Shown here: positions 1 to 10,196 of the stretch, piece after piece
Position numbering within the stretch: position 1 is the stretch's first letter
Layout: each line of letters begins with the position of its first letter
IMG/VR virus record: IMGVR_UViG_3300017913_001781
Location: 1-64,000 of that record
Source of the DNA: a virus
Lineage: Duplodnaviria; Caudoviricetes
Strand: one strand, 5' to 3'
Length of the DNA stretch: 64,000 nt
Position numbers and translations under genes: made by a program
Notes under the pieces: generated by a model
What the model was told of the DNA's origin: nothing
Databases searched by the model: none
The model's input: only the letters and a program-made list of their open reading frames with translations

Positions 1-1
1 A

Positions 2-410
2 ACAGGTAACCAAGGTGCTCAAGGAGATCAAGGCGATACTGGTGCTGTAGGTGCACAAGGTGCAACAGGTAACCAAGGTGCTCAAGGAGATCAAGGCGAT
101 ACTGGTGCTGTAGGTGCACAAGGTGCTATAGGTAGCCAAGGTGCTCAAGGAGACCAAGGTGATACTGGTGCTGTAGGTGCACAAGGTGCAACAGGTAACC
201 AAGGTGCTCAAGGTGCTCAAGGTGACAAAGGAGACAAAGGAGACAAAGGAGACCAAGGTGATACTGGTTTAACTGGTGCTCAAGGTGCTACAGGTAACCA
301 AGGTGCTCAAGGAGATCAAGGAGTACGGGGTGCTCAAGGAAACCAGGGCGCACAGGGTGCAGCATCTACTGAAGCTGGCCCGCAAGGTGCTCAGGGTGCT
401 GCTGGAGATC
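2..410 (+). repeat. Collagen-coding tandem repeat, 63-nt (21-codon) units degenerating into 9-nt units
   Basis: acaggtaaccaaggtgctcaaggagatcaaggcgatactggtgctgtaggtgcacaaggtgca recurs at about 2, 65 and 128. Confidence 0.9.
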
Positions 411-1534
411 CAGCAACAAATACCAATTTTGCGGAAAACGATTTAACGTTTGATGACGATAGAGAACATCAAATGGACGGCCTAGTAATGACAATGCTGG
501 GAGGAACAGGACCATATCAAGAGGCATTTATTATTGATTCTTCAGCCGCTGAATACACATTTGGTGGTGCTGCAGGAACTACCGGAGCAAAATTAATATT
601 AAGAGAAGCTCCAGGTTATGGCGGAAATGAGATATCTTTGAAGGCGCCTGATTCTTTATCAGGAAACGTAAGTCTAACTTTACCTTCTACTGCGGGAACA
701 AACGGTCAAGTACTAGGAGTAGACAGTTCGGGTAATCTATCATTTACTAACCAAACCACCGCATCAACTGCTGGTGTAGGTTTAGTTAAAGTTGGAAATG
801 AAATTAAGGCAGATTTTACTTCAGGTAGTATTATTACAGATGCATCCGTGTTCAGCACTAGTTCAACAAGTGAAACATCAGATAAAATTCTTATTTATAA
901 AGATGATGATGGAGAAGCCTTATCGTCAACTATACGTAACTTTAAAACAGCATATGATTTAGTTGATGTAACAGGAACTCCTTCTAATAATCAATTGGCC
1001 GTTTGGACTGATTCTAATACAGTAGAAGGTACTTCTAGCTTAACATTTGATGGTACCGCATTTGGGGTTAACACAGACCTAATAGCAAATGACATTAAAG
1101 TCAAAACCGTTAAATCAGGTACTCCTGCCACCGGACAATTCTATCAAGGTTCTAGAACTGCTGACACATGGACTACTTCATTCTCTGTGGTTGCAGGTCA
1201 AGTATACCGATTAACAAGTGGAGGAGGTAATACCACTTGGACAAAAGCTCAAGCTAATTCAGAGGCCAACGGTACAGGTTTATTAGCAGTCGCAACCAGA
1301 GCTGGAAGTTCAACAGAAATGTTATTAGAAGGTGTTATAAGACCAAGTTCAAATCTTTCATCGGGTAGTGCAGGTGATATTGTTTATTTAGGTGATGCTA
1401 CTTCAGGTACGTTTACCTTAACTGCTCCTTCAGGTAAGAATAAGATCGTTAGAGTTGTGGGTTATTTAATCAATCCATCTTCTAACTTAATATTCTTTAG
1501 ACCATCTACTGACTGGGTTGAACTTGCAAGCTAA
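2..1534 (+). CDS. Tail fibre-like protein with collagen (Gly-X-Y) repeats; 5' end lies outside the window
   Basis: The frame of ORF 473..1534 is open back to position 2 and reads [21 protein letters not shown]... The remainder is Gly/Thr/Ser-rich, as in phage fibres. Confidence 0.8.
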   Translation, partial: TGNQGAQGDQGDTGAVGAQGATGNQGAQGDQGDTGAVGAQGAIGSQGAQGDQGDTGAVGAQGATGNQGAQGAQGDKGDKGDKGDQGDTGLTGAQGATGNQGAQGDQGVRGAQGNQGAQGAASTEAGPQGAQGAAGDPATNTNFAENDLTFDDDREHQMDGLVMTMLGGTGPYQEAFIIDSSAAEYTFGGAAGTTGAKLILREAPGYGGNEISLKAPDSLSGNVSLTLPSTAGTNGQVLGVDSSGNLSFTNQTTASTAGVGLVKVGNEIKADFTSGSIITDASVFSTSSTSETSDKILIYKDDDGEALSSTIRNFKTAYDLVDVTGTPSNNQLAVWTDSNTVEGTSSLTFDGTAFGVNTDLIANDIKVKTVKSGTPATGQFYQGSRTADTWTTSFSVVAGQVYRLTSGGGNTTWTKAQANSEANGTGLLAVATRAGSSTEMLLEGVIRPSSNLSSGSAGDIVYLGDATSGTFTLTAPSGKNKIVRVVGYLINPSSNLIFFRPSTDWVELAS

Positions 1535-1551
1535 AATTAAATTTATTAAAC

Positions 1552-2466
1552 GTGTCAATATCTAAACAAACAGGAGTAGAGATAAGTAAAATCTCTAAAA
1601 GATCAGGTCGATCATGGTCTAACATGGGTAAATCTATGGGTCGAGCACTTGCAGCAAAAGGCGGAGGAAGTGGTTCTTCTGGCACTGCTACTACATATTT
1701 ATCAGAAGATTGGGGAACAGGATCATACACTTCTCAAACACTACCTACTGGATGGACTGTTGGCACCGATAATCATATTGTCTTTGGGCAACCAGGTAGA
1801 TATGCTCAAAAGTACGACGTTTCTCCTTCTAGATCAACTGCGGTAGGAACATATGGATGGAAATTTGACTATAATGCAACTGGTTCAAGTGGAACAGGAC
1901 CAAACGGCGGTTTATCTGGCGGAGTAAACGCCACGGCTGGAACGCAAAGCAGTACAAATAGATATATTTATTATGAATCGTCGTCTGGTGGCAAAGGAGG
2001 TGGTTACAATTCAGCCAGCGGACAGGCACACGCTTTAATATCGCGCGTATTATACGTTAGTAGCGCTTTAAGTAATAACACACTTAAGTTAACGTTTTGG
2101 TTTCACATATACTCTTTAGGATCTGGTAATAGCACGTCTCATGACTTTGCTATTGCAGCCACGACTTCAGCGACCGATGCTAGCGCAATATCAGAGGTCG
2201 TTACGGGTTCAGGCTTACAGAATGTGACTACTGGAGGTTTAAGTATAACAAGATGGACAAACTCGTCTGGTTCAACGACTGCAACCAGTAACAGAATATC
2301 AGGGGGTCAACAAACCGGTAACGCAGACGGCTGGAGAAAAGCTGAAGTAGATTTAAATGACTTTGCTGGAGAGTCTTCGGTTTATTTACACTTTGTTTTA
2401 AGTGACGCTAGATACTTCAGAGCTGACTTTGCAATAGATGGTATAAAAATAGTAGGTGAAGAATAA
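1552..2466 (+). CDS. MAM-like beta-sandwich domain virion/fibre-associated protein
   Basis: Motifs YIYYESS, LTFWFHIY, WRKAEVDL and DFAIDGIKI follow the MAM-domain pattern. GTG start, directly after the fibre gene. Confidence 0.6.
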   Translation: MSISKQTGVEISKISKRSGRSWSNMGKSMGRALAAKGGGSGSSGTATTYLSEDWGTGSYTSQTLPTGWTVGTDNHIVFGQPGRYAQKYDVSPSRSTAVGTYGWKFDYNATGSSGTGPNGGLSGGVNATAGTQSSTNRYIYYESSSGGKGGGYNSASGQAHALISRVLYVSSALSNNTLKLTFWFHIYSLGSGNSTSHDFAIAATTSATDASAISEVVTGSGLQNVTTGGLSITRWTNSSGSTTATSNRISGGQQTGNADGWRKAEVDLNDFAGESSVYLHFVLSDARYFRADFAIDGIKIVGEE

Positions 2467-2672
2467 TGGATTGCACTAACTGCCAACAAACAATGCTTAT
2501 TGGAACTTCGAGGTGCGAAGTTGGGGCATATAACATATATGATAGTAATGCTGTCTTCGATTTTCAATGGAAAACTCATGATATTACATCAGATGATGAA
2601 GAAATAGGAACTGAAGTCGCGTGTCAGTATTGTAAAACATGTAGCATAGTTGAACACTTAAGTTCAAGCTAA
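2466..2672 (+). CDS. Small Cys-rich protein, possibly Zn-binding
   Basis: CTNC and CQYCKTC motifs; TAATG stop/start overlap with the upstream gene. Confidence 0.6.
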   Translation: MDCTNCQQTMLIGTSRCEVGAYNIYDSNAVFDFQWKTHDITSDDEEIGTEVACQYCKTCSIVEHLSSS

Positions 2673-2720
2673 TTTGTTAAATTTGGTGTGCTTCGCTTAA
2701 TTCGTAGCCTGATTTAACAC

Positions 2721-2747
2721 GAGGGGAGCTAAAGCTCCCTTCTTTTT
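2721..2747 (+). terminator. Intrinsic terminator
   Basis: GAGGGGAGC-TAAA-GCTCCCTTC followed by TTTTT. Confidence 0.85.
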
Positions 2748-2791
2748 GAAACAATTTAATTTATTAACATATTAGATGTAAATATATCTAA

Positions 2792-3226
2792 ATGAAAAAA
2801 GAGATTAAATTTAATGAGACTCGAGGGGATGATGGTCATTTGGTTTCACCAGTTCTTAACAATGGCTGCAAAAACTATTTGATCGACATCGATGGCACAA
2901 TTACGGATGACGTACCGAACGAAGAACCAGAACGGATGAAGCATGTTTTGCCATATGACGGTGCAGTAGAAACGCTTAATCGCTGGTATGATGAAGGCCA
3001 TGTAATTACTTTCTTTACTTCTCGTACTGAAGAGGTTAGAAAAATTACTGAAACGTGGCTAAATAAACACGGATTTAAGTATAGTGGCCTTTTGATGGGT
3101 AAACCGCGCGGAGGTAACTATCATTGGATTGACAACCACATTGTTAAAGGAACTAGATATTCTGGAGTTTGGACCGATCTAGTTAAAGAAGAAAGAGTAA
3201 TCGAAGTCTTTCCTGGCCAATCGTGA
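2792..3226 (+). CDS. HAD-superfamily phosphatase
   Basis: DIDGT motif I, FTSR motif II, MGKP and WIDN motifs III/IV. Confidence 0.8.
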   Translation: MKKEIKFNETRGDDGHLVSPVLNNGCKNYLIDIDGTITDDVPNEEPERMKHVLPYDGAVETLNRWYDEGHVITFFTSRTEEVRKITETWLNKHGFKYSGLLMGKPRGGNYHWIDNHIVKGTRYSGVWTDLVKEERVIEVFPGQS

Positions 3227-3232
3227 TATATA
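3225..3232 (+). promoter_or_regulatory. Putative phage late promoter GATATATA
   Basis: Recurrent motif; 4 nt upstream of ATG 3237. Confidence 0.65.
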
Positions 3233-3236
3233 GTTC

Positions 3237-4181
3237 ATGGGAATCCTTAAGTATATAGACTTCTTAAACGAAGCAACTAATAATGAGCTAGGAAAGGTTG
3301 TTTGTGCAGTTGCGGCTTCACAAAACGACCATCGTTATATTACTAGATCTGATTTTATTGTACCTAAGTATATGCCTCTTTTTACAAGGGGTGATGAGCC
3401 TAAGGTATTTGATATGCCGGTTATCAATTATTGTAATATTCACATTAAGAAGCTAATTAAGGCTGGCCAACCAGAAGATACCATCTACAATAAGTATGAT
3501 GCTAAGATGCGTGTAGCTAGTAAATCTGATTGGCATAAGCTACATGAAGAAAGCGAATACGTACCTAAGACGGCAACTACTGTAGAAGAGGCTAAAAATC
3601 TTAAGTTCCCAATTATAGCTAAGCCAGATAATAGATACTCTGGGTTAGGTATTGTAAAGTTTGACACAGTCGAAGACTTTAAAAAGGCAGATCACTCTAA
3701 ATTCTCTACTTATTCTGAAAAGATTGATATTGATAGTGAGCACCGCATCTTTCTTTGGAGAGGTGAACCAATTATGTGGGTAAATAGAGATCCAGCTGAT
3801 AAGGGTACTGAAAATATGTCGAAGTCGGCCGACGATAAGCTTAAGTTTAATTATAAGATGATTAAGCAAGATCCGCCTAAAGAATGGATGGATGTGTGTC
3901 AAGAATTTACAGCTAAACACAAGGACCTGGACATTTTTACCGTAGACTTTATGATTGATAAAGACGGTAAACCATGGGTTGTAGAAATGTCTTCTGAAGC
4001 TGGTGTTCCATTCGGCGTAATGGGTCATTATTATAAGAAGGTGTATCAAGATTATTATGGATCAGCTCTTTCTAAAGGGGCCGTAGCTATATTAGACGAA
4101 TATATAAAGAAAGATATAGATGCGACAATAAAGTCAAATCCAAAAAGATTTAGTATTTCAGAAAGTTATGGGACAACCTAA
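3237..4181 (+). CDS. ATP-grasp (RimK-like) ligase with a capsid-targeting-like leader
   Basis: FPIIAKP..SGLGI, EHRIF and VDFMID..GKPWVVE are ATP-grasp motifs. N-terminus MGILKYIDFLNE. Confidence 0.7.
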   Translation: MGILKYIDFLNEATNNELGKVVCAVAASQNDHRYITRSDFIVPKYMPLFTRGDEPKVFDMPVINYCNIHIKKLIKAGQPEDTIYNKYDAKMRVASKSDWHKLHEESEYVPKTATTVEEAKNLKFPIIAKPDNRYSGLGIVKFDTVEDFKKADHSKFSTYSEKIDIDSEHRIFLWRGEPIMWVNRDPADKGTENMSKSADDKLKFNYKMIKQDPPKEWMDVCQEFTAKHKDLDIFTVDFMIDKDGKPWVVEMSSEAGVPFGVMGHYYKKVYQDYYGSALSKGAVAILDEYIKKDIDATIKSNPKRFSISESYGTT

Positions 4182-4413
4182 TATGAAATGTATGAGCGTG
4201 GTTATTTGGGTACACCACATGCAAATAGATGAGTTATTTGACTTTTTAAATGGAAGAGTTGAATCAGCTCCGCCTTATTGGTATTCACAAGAAGAAGTAC
4301 CATATTCTGTAACCGGTGGCTATATTCAAGTTAGCCTACCTTACAACTCATATTCCGATCTAAGATCAGCCAGAGGCTGGGATGAAAGTCCAGGTTGGAA
4401 TAAAAATCAATAA
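4168..4413 (+). CDS. Hypothetical protein (start may be 4183)
   Basis: ORF in operon orientation; no recognisable motif. Confidence 0.5.
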   Translation: MGQPNMKCMSVVIWVHHMQIDELFDFLNGRVESAPPYWYSQEEVPYSVTGGYIQVSLPYNSYSDLRSARGWDESPGWNKNQ

Positions 4414-4568
4414 CACATGGAAAATAAAGCAAAATTCTTTCTAAACTATAAAGGAAGAAAAATAAGATCAAACACATTCTTCGGTCTTTTCTGGAAATAT
4501 CTTTTCGGATAAAGTCGATGAATATTAACCTAGATAGACAATGTCGTCTATCGTAAAATTCATAAACC

Positions 4569-5054
4569 ATGAAGAAGGTAATTTTAACTTTCGCTTTTGT
4601 AGCAGGTGCGCTGCTCTCAACTAACGCACAAGAGGAGGCAAAAACTTGCTGTAAAGCAGGTGAGACCACACAAAACATGCAAGGAGATTGGTACGTTGGT
4701 ACTGGGGACATCTCTAACACTGCATGGACACAATGGTCTGTTACTCCAACAATCGGCTACGCTTTTACCGATGATTTGATGGCTGGATTCTCTCTAAATC
4801 AGGGAACCACTACTGATTCAACTGGTGCTACTGTGGCTGGCGACTTGAACCTAGATGTTCATGCTCGTTATTTCTTCGGCGATTTCTTCGGATACGTCGG
4901 AACCCAAAATCTAACGACTGATTTTGGACTTAACATCGGTGTCGGTAAGTTGTTTACCATGCACCACGGTGGTCTATACGTAGATCCACGTGTTGTTTAC
5001 AACACAACTGACGGGACAGCTAACCTTCGTGTTGGCCTCGGTCTTAAGTTCTAA
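4569..5054 (+). CDS. Outer-membrane beta-barrel protein (Bacteroidota type)
   Basis: Sec signal peptide MKKVILTFAFVAGALLSTNA, alternating amphipathic strands, C-terminal LRVGLGLKF BAM-type signal. Confidence 0.75.
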   Translation: MKKVILTFAFVAGALLSTNAQEEAKTCCKAGETTQNMQGDWYVGTGDISNTAWTQWSVTPTIGYAFTDDLMAGFSLNQGTTTDSTGATVAGDLNLDVHARYFFGDFFGYVGTQNLTTDFGLNIGVGKLFTMHHGGLYVDPRVVYNTTDGTANLRVGLGLKF

Positions 5055-5078
5055 ACAAAATAGAACTATTTAATATAA
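5053..5078 (+). promoter_or_regulatory. Putative promoter AAAC-N17-TATAA
   Basis: Same spacing as the sites at 14870, 17373, 21390 and 25164. Confidence 0.45.
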
Positions 5079-5110
5079 AGGGTGTCAGGAAAGTCCTGAT
5101 GCCCTTTTTT
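5077..5110 (+). terminator. Intrinsic terminator
   Basis: AAAGGGTGTCAGGA-AAG-TCCTGATGCCCTTT plus a T tract. Confidence 0.8.
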
Positions 5111-5129
5111 GTGTACTAAAAAATACAAT

Positions 5130-5873
5130 ATGTATACATCAGACGAACTAAAGCAAATGGTCTTTATTGATATTGAGACCACTACTCAAACTGAGACTTT
5201 ACAAGAAACTATTGATAAGAATCCAAATCTAGAAGAGTATTGGAATCTTAAAGCCATGCAGCAAAGAGAATCTAAACCAGAAGAACTAGGTCATATTACT
5301 AATCCACATGATATGTGGCCTAGAATGGCAGGTTTATGGCCTGAATGGGGTAAAATTGTTTGTATCTCAATCGGCCAGCTCAAATTTGATGACTACGGCA
5401 TGCCAGTTAAATTTTCTTCCACTTCATACTACGGAGATAACGAAAAAGAGCTGCTGGAACAGTTTACAGATATCGCAGGTAAGATTATGAACAAATATCC
5501 TAAGATGCTATGGGTTGGTCATAATATTAAAGGATTTGATATGCCATACATCGTTAAGCGATGCTTGATTAATGAAGTACCCGTACCTCGAGATTTTCAT
5601 TTTCAAAAACGTAAACCATGGGAAAATTGTCTTTTAGATACGCAAGATATTTGGAAATTTGGAGGTTATAACACCGCTAAGTTGGGTTTAATGGCTGAAT
5701 TGCTTGGCATTCCAAGTCCAAAGGATGCAATGAGTGGTCCTGAAGTTAATGAATACTATTGGGCTGGCAAACTAGAAGAAATTAAAACTTATTGCGAAAA
5801 AGATGTTAAGGCGACTGCTGAGGTTATGCTTAAAATCAGCGGTATGCCATTACTAAGTGAAGCTCCGTTCTAA
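5130..5873 (+). CDS. DEDD 3'-5' exonuclease (PolB-exonuclease-like)
   Basis: FIDIET (ExoI), GHNIKGFDMPY (ExoII), YCEKDV (ExoIII). ATG 5130 preferred over TTG 5109, which lies in the terminator. Confidence 0.85.
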   Translation: MYTSDELKQMVFIDIETTTQTETLQETIDKNPNLEEYWNLKAMQQRESKPEELGHITNPHDMWPRMAGLWPEWGKIVCISIGQLKFDDYGMPVKFSSTSYYGDNEKELLEQFTDIAGKIMNKYPKMLWVGHNIKGFDMPYIVKRCLINEVPVPRDFHFQKRKPWENCLLDTQDIWKFGGYNTAKLGLMAELLGIPSPKDAMSGPEVNEYYWAGKLEEIKTYCEKDVKATAEVMLKISGMPLLSEAPF

Positions 5874-6391
5874 TGAATAAGCCAAGTTACGTAGACTTCG
5901 ACGAAAAGAAGTATAAGTGGGATCCAAACGTTGACTATAAAAAGAATCCACATCTTTATAGAATTGGTCGAGGCCAGCAAGGCGTTTTGATTTGTCAACC
6001 ATATAAAGATGAAATTTGTCAACATTGGGAATTTAAGAATCCTGATATTGCCGAGCGCTCTGCTCAGCGAATCTATGAAATGTTTATGAACTATTTAGAA
6101 GATGGTGATTTTGTAGGATCAGATATGGCTAAAAAGTATTTACATATGGGTTTTACTCGTGCACGGCGATACGCTAATCATGCTAGTGGTCGAAAATGGA
6201 AAAAGAAAGGCAACGATTGGTCGGTCTTACCTCAAGAATTAGACTGGTCCACCAACGAAAAGGCAATTAGCGCCAATATTTTTAAAGATTATTGGAAAAT
6301 GGCTAGAGAAAACGAACGATATCTTGAAATGAAGGCCAATCATAAATTAGCTTATGAAAAAATAGACGAGCGCATTAGCGTTAAGTCTTAA
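5873..6391 (+). CDS. DUF4385-like protein
   Basis: YRIGRGQQGVL and DFVG.DMAKKYLHMGFTRARRYANH signatures. Confidence 0.75.
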   Translation: MNKPSYVDFDEKKYKWDPNVDYKKNPHLYRIGRGQQGVLICQPYKDEICQHWEFKNPDIAERSAQRIYEMFMNYLEDGDFVGSDMAKKYLHMGFTRARRYANHASGRKWKKKGNDWSVLPQELDWSTNEKAISANIFKDYWKMARENERYLEMKANHKLAYEKIDERISVKS

Positions 6392-6438
6392 ATTAACATT
6401 TTTTAACATTTTATATTTCTTATTTTAAAGCATACGTG

Positions 6439-6455
6439 GTATATTTACTATGTAA
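6439..6455 (+). promoter_or_regulatory. Putative early promoter, Bacteroidota -7-like (GTATATTTA..GTAA)
   Basis: Shared with 10197, 15912 and 20579; preceded by TTAACATT repeats. Confidence 0.55.
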
Positions 6456-6476
6456 TAAATGACACACCATACAAGA

Positions 6477-6935
6477 ATGAAAAAAGTAATATTTGACCTC
6501 GATGGTACGCTCGCTCTCATCGACCAGCGGAGGGCAGCTTCGACTAAACCTAATGGTAAAATAGATTGGGACATATTCTTTGACCCTAAGAATATTGACA
6601 TGGATCAGCCGAATGTGCCGGTTATTCAAATGGCCAAGACTCTTAAAGATGCGGGTAATATGATTGTTATCTTAAGCGGTCGGAGTAAAGCAACTAAAGA
6701 AGCTACTAAAGCATGGTTGGCTGCAAACGATGTGCCCTTTGATGTATTGAAAATGCGGCCAACTTCAAACGATTTTAACTTTATGCCTGACGATCAACTT
6801 AAGCAGAGGTGGCTAGATCAGCTTTTCCCAGATAAGTCTGATATTCTTTGTGTCTTCGATGATCGACAAAAAGTAGTCGATATGTGGAGGGCAAATGGTC
6901 TTACATGTATGCAAGTTGCACCTGGAAATTTCTAA
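6477..6935 (+). CDS. Polynucleotide 3'-phosphatase (PNKP/PseT C-terminal HAD domain), stand-alone
   Basis: IFDLDGTL, LSGR, LKMRP, FDDR..VVDMWR.NGL.CMQVA.GNF. Start placed at MKKVIF. Confidence 0.8.
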   Translation: MKKVIFDLDGTLALIDQRRAASTKPNGKIDWDIFFDPKNIDMDQPNVPVIQMAKTLKDAGNMIVILSGRSKATKEATKAWLAANDVPFDVLKMRPTSNDFNFMPDDQLKQRWLDQLFPDKSDILCVFDDRQKVVDMWRANGLTCMQVAPGNF

Positions 6936-6938
6936 AAA

Positions 6939-7352
6939 ATGAACAAAACAATTTTAACTACAGCTTTGTTGGTTTTTGCCAGCACATCATTCGCGCAGTG
7001 TGAATACACAACTCGTGCTAATTTTAACAAAGGACAAGTTGAGTCCAATCTTACAATTAATAGTCAAATGCCAGACTATATGCCTAATCATTTCCAAGTT
7101 GAAGTAGGAGATGTTAGCATTTATTTCTCAGATCTTAATCAAATCGATAGTCTTTTAACTAATATTATTGATTTTCGCGATGGTGAAGATAATCGAAAGG
7201 CAGAAGTATTTCATCAATATACTCTATCTTGTAAGCGTGGTAATGTTTACATTCGAGACGCACATGGAGATACTGAGCGTTTGAGTAATCGTTCGGTAAA
7301 CATTTTAATTGAGCATCTTACATATGCTAAAGCAATTATTGGAAATTTCTAA
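6939..7352 (+). CDS. Secreted hypothetical protein
   Basis: Signal peptide MNKTILTTALLVFASTSFA. Confidence 0.6.
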   Translation: MNKTILTTALLVFASTSFAQCEYTTRANFNKGQVESNLTINSQMPDYMPNHFQVEVGDVSIYFSDLNQIDSLLTNIIDFRDGEDNRKAEVFHQYTLSCKRGNVYIRDAHGDTERLSNRSVNILIEHLTYAKAIIGNF

Positions 7353-7357
7353 AAAAA

Positions 7358-7549
7358 ATGAAAAACGAAAAAAGATACCTAGCTACGTTTACGGCGTATA
7401 TTTATGCACGTGATGATAAGCACGCTAAATCTAAGGCTAAGATGATTGCTGATCGACAGCATGAAAAATACGGCGGCCAATGGGGTCTTGAAGAGTTACA
7501 CTTTGCCCCATTCGGATCTCTTATGATAACTAAAATTCAACTAAACTAA
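7358..7549 (+). CDS. Hypothetical protein
   Basis: Short ORF in operon, A-rich leader. Confidence 0.55.
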   Translation: MKNEKRYLATFTAYIYARDDKHAKSKAKMIADRQHEKYGGQWGLEELHFAPFGSLMITKIQLN

Positions 7550-7555
7550 ATAATT

Positions 7556-7804
7556 ATGGCAGATTTTGATATTGAAGTCGTAGATTGCGACAACGTTTAT
7601 TGGGCAAGTACAGATCAGTATACGCTTGATATTGATGGCAACGAACATATTATTCGTTATGCTGAGGATAGTAATGGAGGTGAAATGCTTTACAAGCACG
7701 AAGATGGATGGATGAGTATCTATGATGCAGCTGAAGATTCTAAAGAGGTTGCAGCTATTGTTGAAGCATGGGAAGATGGAGAACTTGATCTCTACTGTGG
7801 ATAA
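7556..7804 (+). CDS. Small acidic hypothetical protein
   Basis: D/E-rich 82-aa ORF in operon. Confidence 0.6.
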   Translation: MADFDIEVVDCDNVYWASTDQYTLDIDGNEHIIRYAEDSNGGEMLYKHEDGWMSIYDAAEDSKEVAAIVEAWEDGELDLYCG

Positions 7805-7817
7805 TGACAAATATGGG

Positions 7818-7866
7818 GATAAAGGTGACATAATGTCATCTTTTATCTAATGGCACAATTTTTTCT
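7818..7866 (+). promoter_or_regulatory. Palindromic operator (TGACA-TAA-TGTCA) plus sigma54-like -24/-12 element upstream of hsp20-dnaK
   Basis: GATAAAGGTGACA-TAA-TGTCATCTTTTATC inverted repeat. TGGCAC-AATTT-TTTCT at 7851 is one mismatch from TGGCAC-N5-TTGCW. Confidence 0.45.
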
Positions 7867-7919
7867 ATATCTTAACCGTTCAGCAATGGTGCTGAATATA
7901 AATCAAAAACAAATTAATT

Positions 7920-8255
7920 ATGTTCTACACAAACACACTTAATTCACTGTTCGACGACTTCTTTTCTGTACCAACTCGTCAGAGCTCGTCGACTCGTTAT
8001 AATGACGGAGTGGTACAAATTGCTCTACCTGGTTTTAGTAAGGAAGATCTTAACATTGAGATTGAAGGGCGTAATCTAATTATTTCAGCGTATATTTCTT
8101 CTGATGAAGAAACAAGCTTTCGTCAATCATTTACCAAAGTCTATACGCTTGGTAACAGCGTTGATCCAGATGTTATTGACGCTAAGATGGAGAACGGAGT
8201 CTTGACACTTGATCTATCGTGCGCAGTTAAAACAAAACAAATCGCTATTAGCTAA
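7920..8255 (+). CDS. Small heat-shock protein (Hsp20/alpha-crystallin)
   Basis: ALPGFSKEDLNIEI and IDAKMENGVLTL motifs. Confidence 0.9.
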   Translation: MFYTNTLNSLFDDFFSVPTRQSSSTRYNDGVVQIALPGFSKEDLNIEIEGRNLIISAYISSDEETSFRQSFTKVYTLGNSVDPDVIDAKMENGVLTLDLSCAVKTKQIAIS

Positions 8256-8266
8256 TATAAACAATC

Positions 8267-10123
8267 ATGAGTAAAATTATTGGAATCGACCTCGGCACAA
8301 CTAATTCATGTGTCGCCGTCATGGAAGGCAATGAGCCTATTGTAATCACAAACTCCGAAGGTAAGCGTACAACTCCATCTGTGGTTGGCTTTATCAAAGA
8401 CGGAGAACGTAAAATTGGTGATCCAGCAAAACGACAAGCTGTCACTAATCCACAAAACACAGTTTCATCTATTAAGCGATTTATGGGTATGCCATATGCT
8501 GAAGCTAGAGATGAGGCTAAGCGCATGTCTTACAAAGTTAAGAAAAGCGGCAGTAATGTTGGTGTTGATATTGATGGCAAGACTTATAGTCCACAAGAAA
8601 TCAGTGCAATGACGCTTCAGAAAATGAAGCAAACTGCTGAAGATTATCTTGGCACTACAGTCGACGCAGCCGTCATTACTGTACCTGCATACTTTAATGA
8701 TGCACAGCGCCAAGCTACTAAAGAAGCTGGTCAAATTGCAGGTCTTGAAGTTAAGCGAATCATTAACGAGCCCACTGCTGCGGCTTTGGCATATGGACTT
8801 GACAAAAAGACTACAGATCAAAAGATTATCGTCTTTGACCTTGGCGGTGGTACTCACGACGTTAGTGTCCTTGAACTTGGTGATGGAGTCTTTGAAGTAC
8901 TCTCAACAGATGGAGACACTCACCTCGGTGGTGATGACTTTGACCAAGCAATTGTAGATTGGTTGGTTCAAGAGTTTAAGGATGAGAATGGTAACTTGGA
9001 TTTGACGCAAGATCCTATGGCACTTCAACGTTTGCGTGAGGCTGCTGAAAAAGCTAAGATTGAATTGTCAAGTACCTCATCGACTGAGATTAATTTGCCT
9101 TATATCATGCCAGTTGATGGTGTACCTAAGCACTTGGTTCGTAATATGAGCCGAGCACAATTCGATAAATTGACCGGTGATTTGGTTAAGCGTAGTATTG
9201 ATCCATGTAAAACAGCTCTTAAGGCTGCAGGTTTGAAAAAGGGAGATGTCGATCAAGTTATTTTGGTTGGTGGATCTACTCGAATTCCAGCTGTGCAAGA
9301 TGCTGTTCAAAAGTTCTTTGGTAAAGAGCCATCGAAAGGTGTAAACCCCGATGAAGTTGTTGCACTTGGAGCAGCAATTCAAGGTGGTGTTTTGACAGGA
9401 GATGTGACCGATGTCTTGTTGCTTGATGTAACCCCGCTCTCACTTGGCATTGAAACTATGGGCGGAGTCTTTACTAAGTTGATCGACGCTAATACGACGA
9501 TTCCAACTAAGAAGAGCGAGACTTTCTCGACGGCTGCCGATAATCAACCAAGCGTTGAGATTCATGTTCTACAAGGTGAACGCTCAATGGCGAACGATAA
9601 CCGAACGATTGGTCGATTCCACTTGGACGGTATTCCACCGTCTCGTCGAGGTGTACCACAAATTGAGGTCACGTTCGACATCGACGCTAATGGTATTATT
9701 AACGTAAGCGCTAAAGACAAAGCAACTAATAAGGAGCAAAGTGTCCGCATCGAAGCGTCAAGCGGCTTGAGCGAGCAAGACATTGAGCGCATGAAACAAG
9801 AAGCAGAAGCTAATGCAGACGCTGATAAAGTTGCAAAAGAAAAGGTTGAAGTTCTTAATCGAGCAGATAGTCTTATCTTTAGCACTGAAGCTCAAATCAA
9901 AGAGTTCGAGGACAAGTTGACAGAAGACCAAGTTGGTCAATTGCAAACAGCTCTTAATGAACTGAAAGAGGCGCATAAAGCCGAAGATGTAGATCTTTGC
10001 AACGAGAAGTCAGAAACATTGACTGAAGTTTGGAATCAAATCTCACAAGCAATGTATGCTTCTCAATCGCAATCTACTGAAGAAGGCGAAGAGACTATCG
10101 ACGCCGAAGTTGTAGAAGACTAA
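8267..10123 (+). CDS. dnaK: Hsp70 chaperone DnaK
   Basis: [65 protein letters not shown]; full length. Confidence 0.98.
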   Translation: MSKIIGIDLGTTNSCVAVMEGNEPIVITNSEGKRTTPSVVGFIKDGERKIGDPAKRQAVTNPQNTVSSIKRFMGMPYAEARDEAKRMSYKVKKSGSNVGVDIDGKTYSPQEISAMTLQKMKQTAEDYLGTTVDAAVITVPAYFNDAQRQATKEAGQIAGLEVKRIINEPTAAALAYGLDKKTTDQKIIVFDLGGGTHDVSVLELGDGVFEVLSTDGDTHLGGDDFDQAIVDWLVQEFKDENGNLDLTQDPMALQRLREAAEKAKIELSSTSSTEINLPYIMPVDGVPKHLVRNMSRAQFDKLTGDLVKRSIDPCKTALKAAGLKKGDVDQVILVGGSTRIPAVQDAVQKFFGKEPSKGVNPDEVVALGAAIQGGVLTGDVTDVLLLDVTPLSLGIETMGGVFTKLIDANTTIPTKKSETFSTAADNQPSVEIHVLQGERSMANDNRTIGRFHLDGIPPSRRGVPQIEVTFDIDANGIINVSAKDKATNKEQSVRIEASSGLSEQDIERMKQEAEANADADKVAKEKVEVLNRADSLIFSTEAQIKEFEDKLTEDQVGQLQTALNELKEAHKAEDVDLCNEKSETLTEVWNQISQAMYASQSQSTEEGEETIDAEVVED

Positions 10124-10128
10124 TTAAG

Positions 10129-10154
10129 ATGAGGGCTTCGGCCCTCATTTTTTT
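10129..10154 (+). terminator. Intrinsic terminator (cUUCGg loop)
   Basis: ATGAGGGC-TTCG-GCCCTCAT plus a T tract. Confidence 0.9.
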
Positions 10155-10196
10155 AATATTTTAACATTTTAAATTATTAAAATTAAGAATTTTAAA

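Noticed and set aside
2-410. Non-coding repeat array or CRISPR at the window start
   Set aside because: The repeats keep a Gly-X-Y reading frame continuous with the fibre ORF.
7879-7896. Third copy of the TTCAGCAA RNA unit upstream of hsp20
   Set aside because: It shares 8 nt, but here the word is paired in a hairpin stem and lacks the AGG...CCTG closing stem and CTTTTA.
8248-9976. Several antisense or alternative-frame ORFs over dnaK
   Set aside because: Typical stop-poor antisense frames of a conserved gene; no motifs or expression signals.
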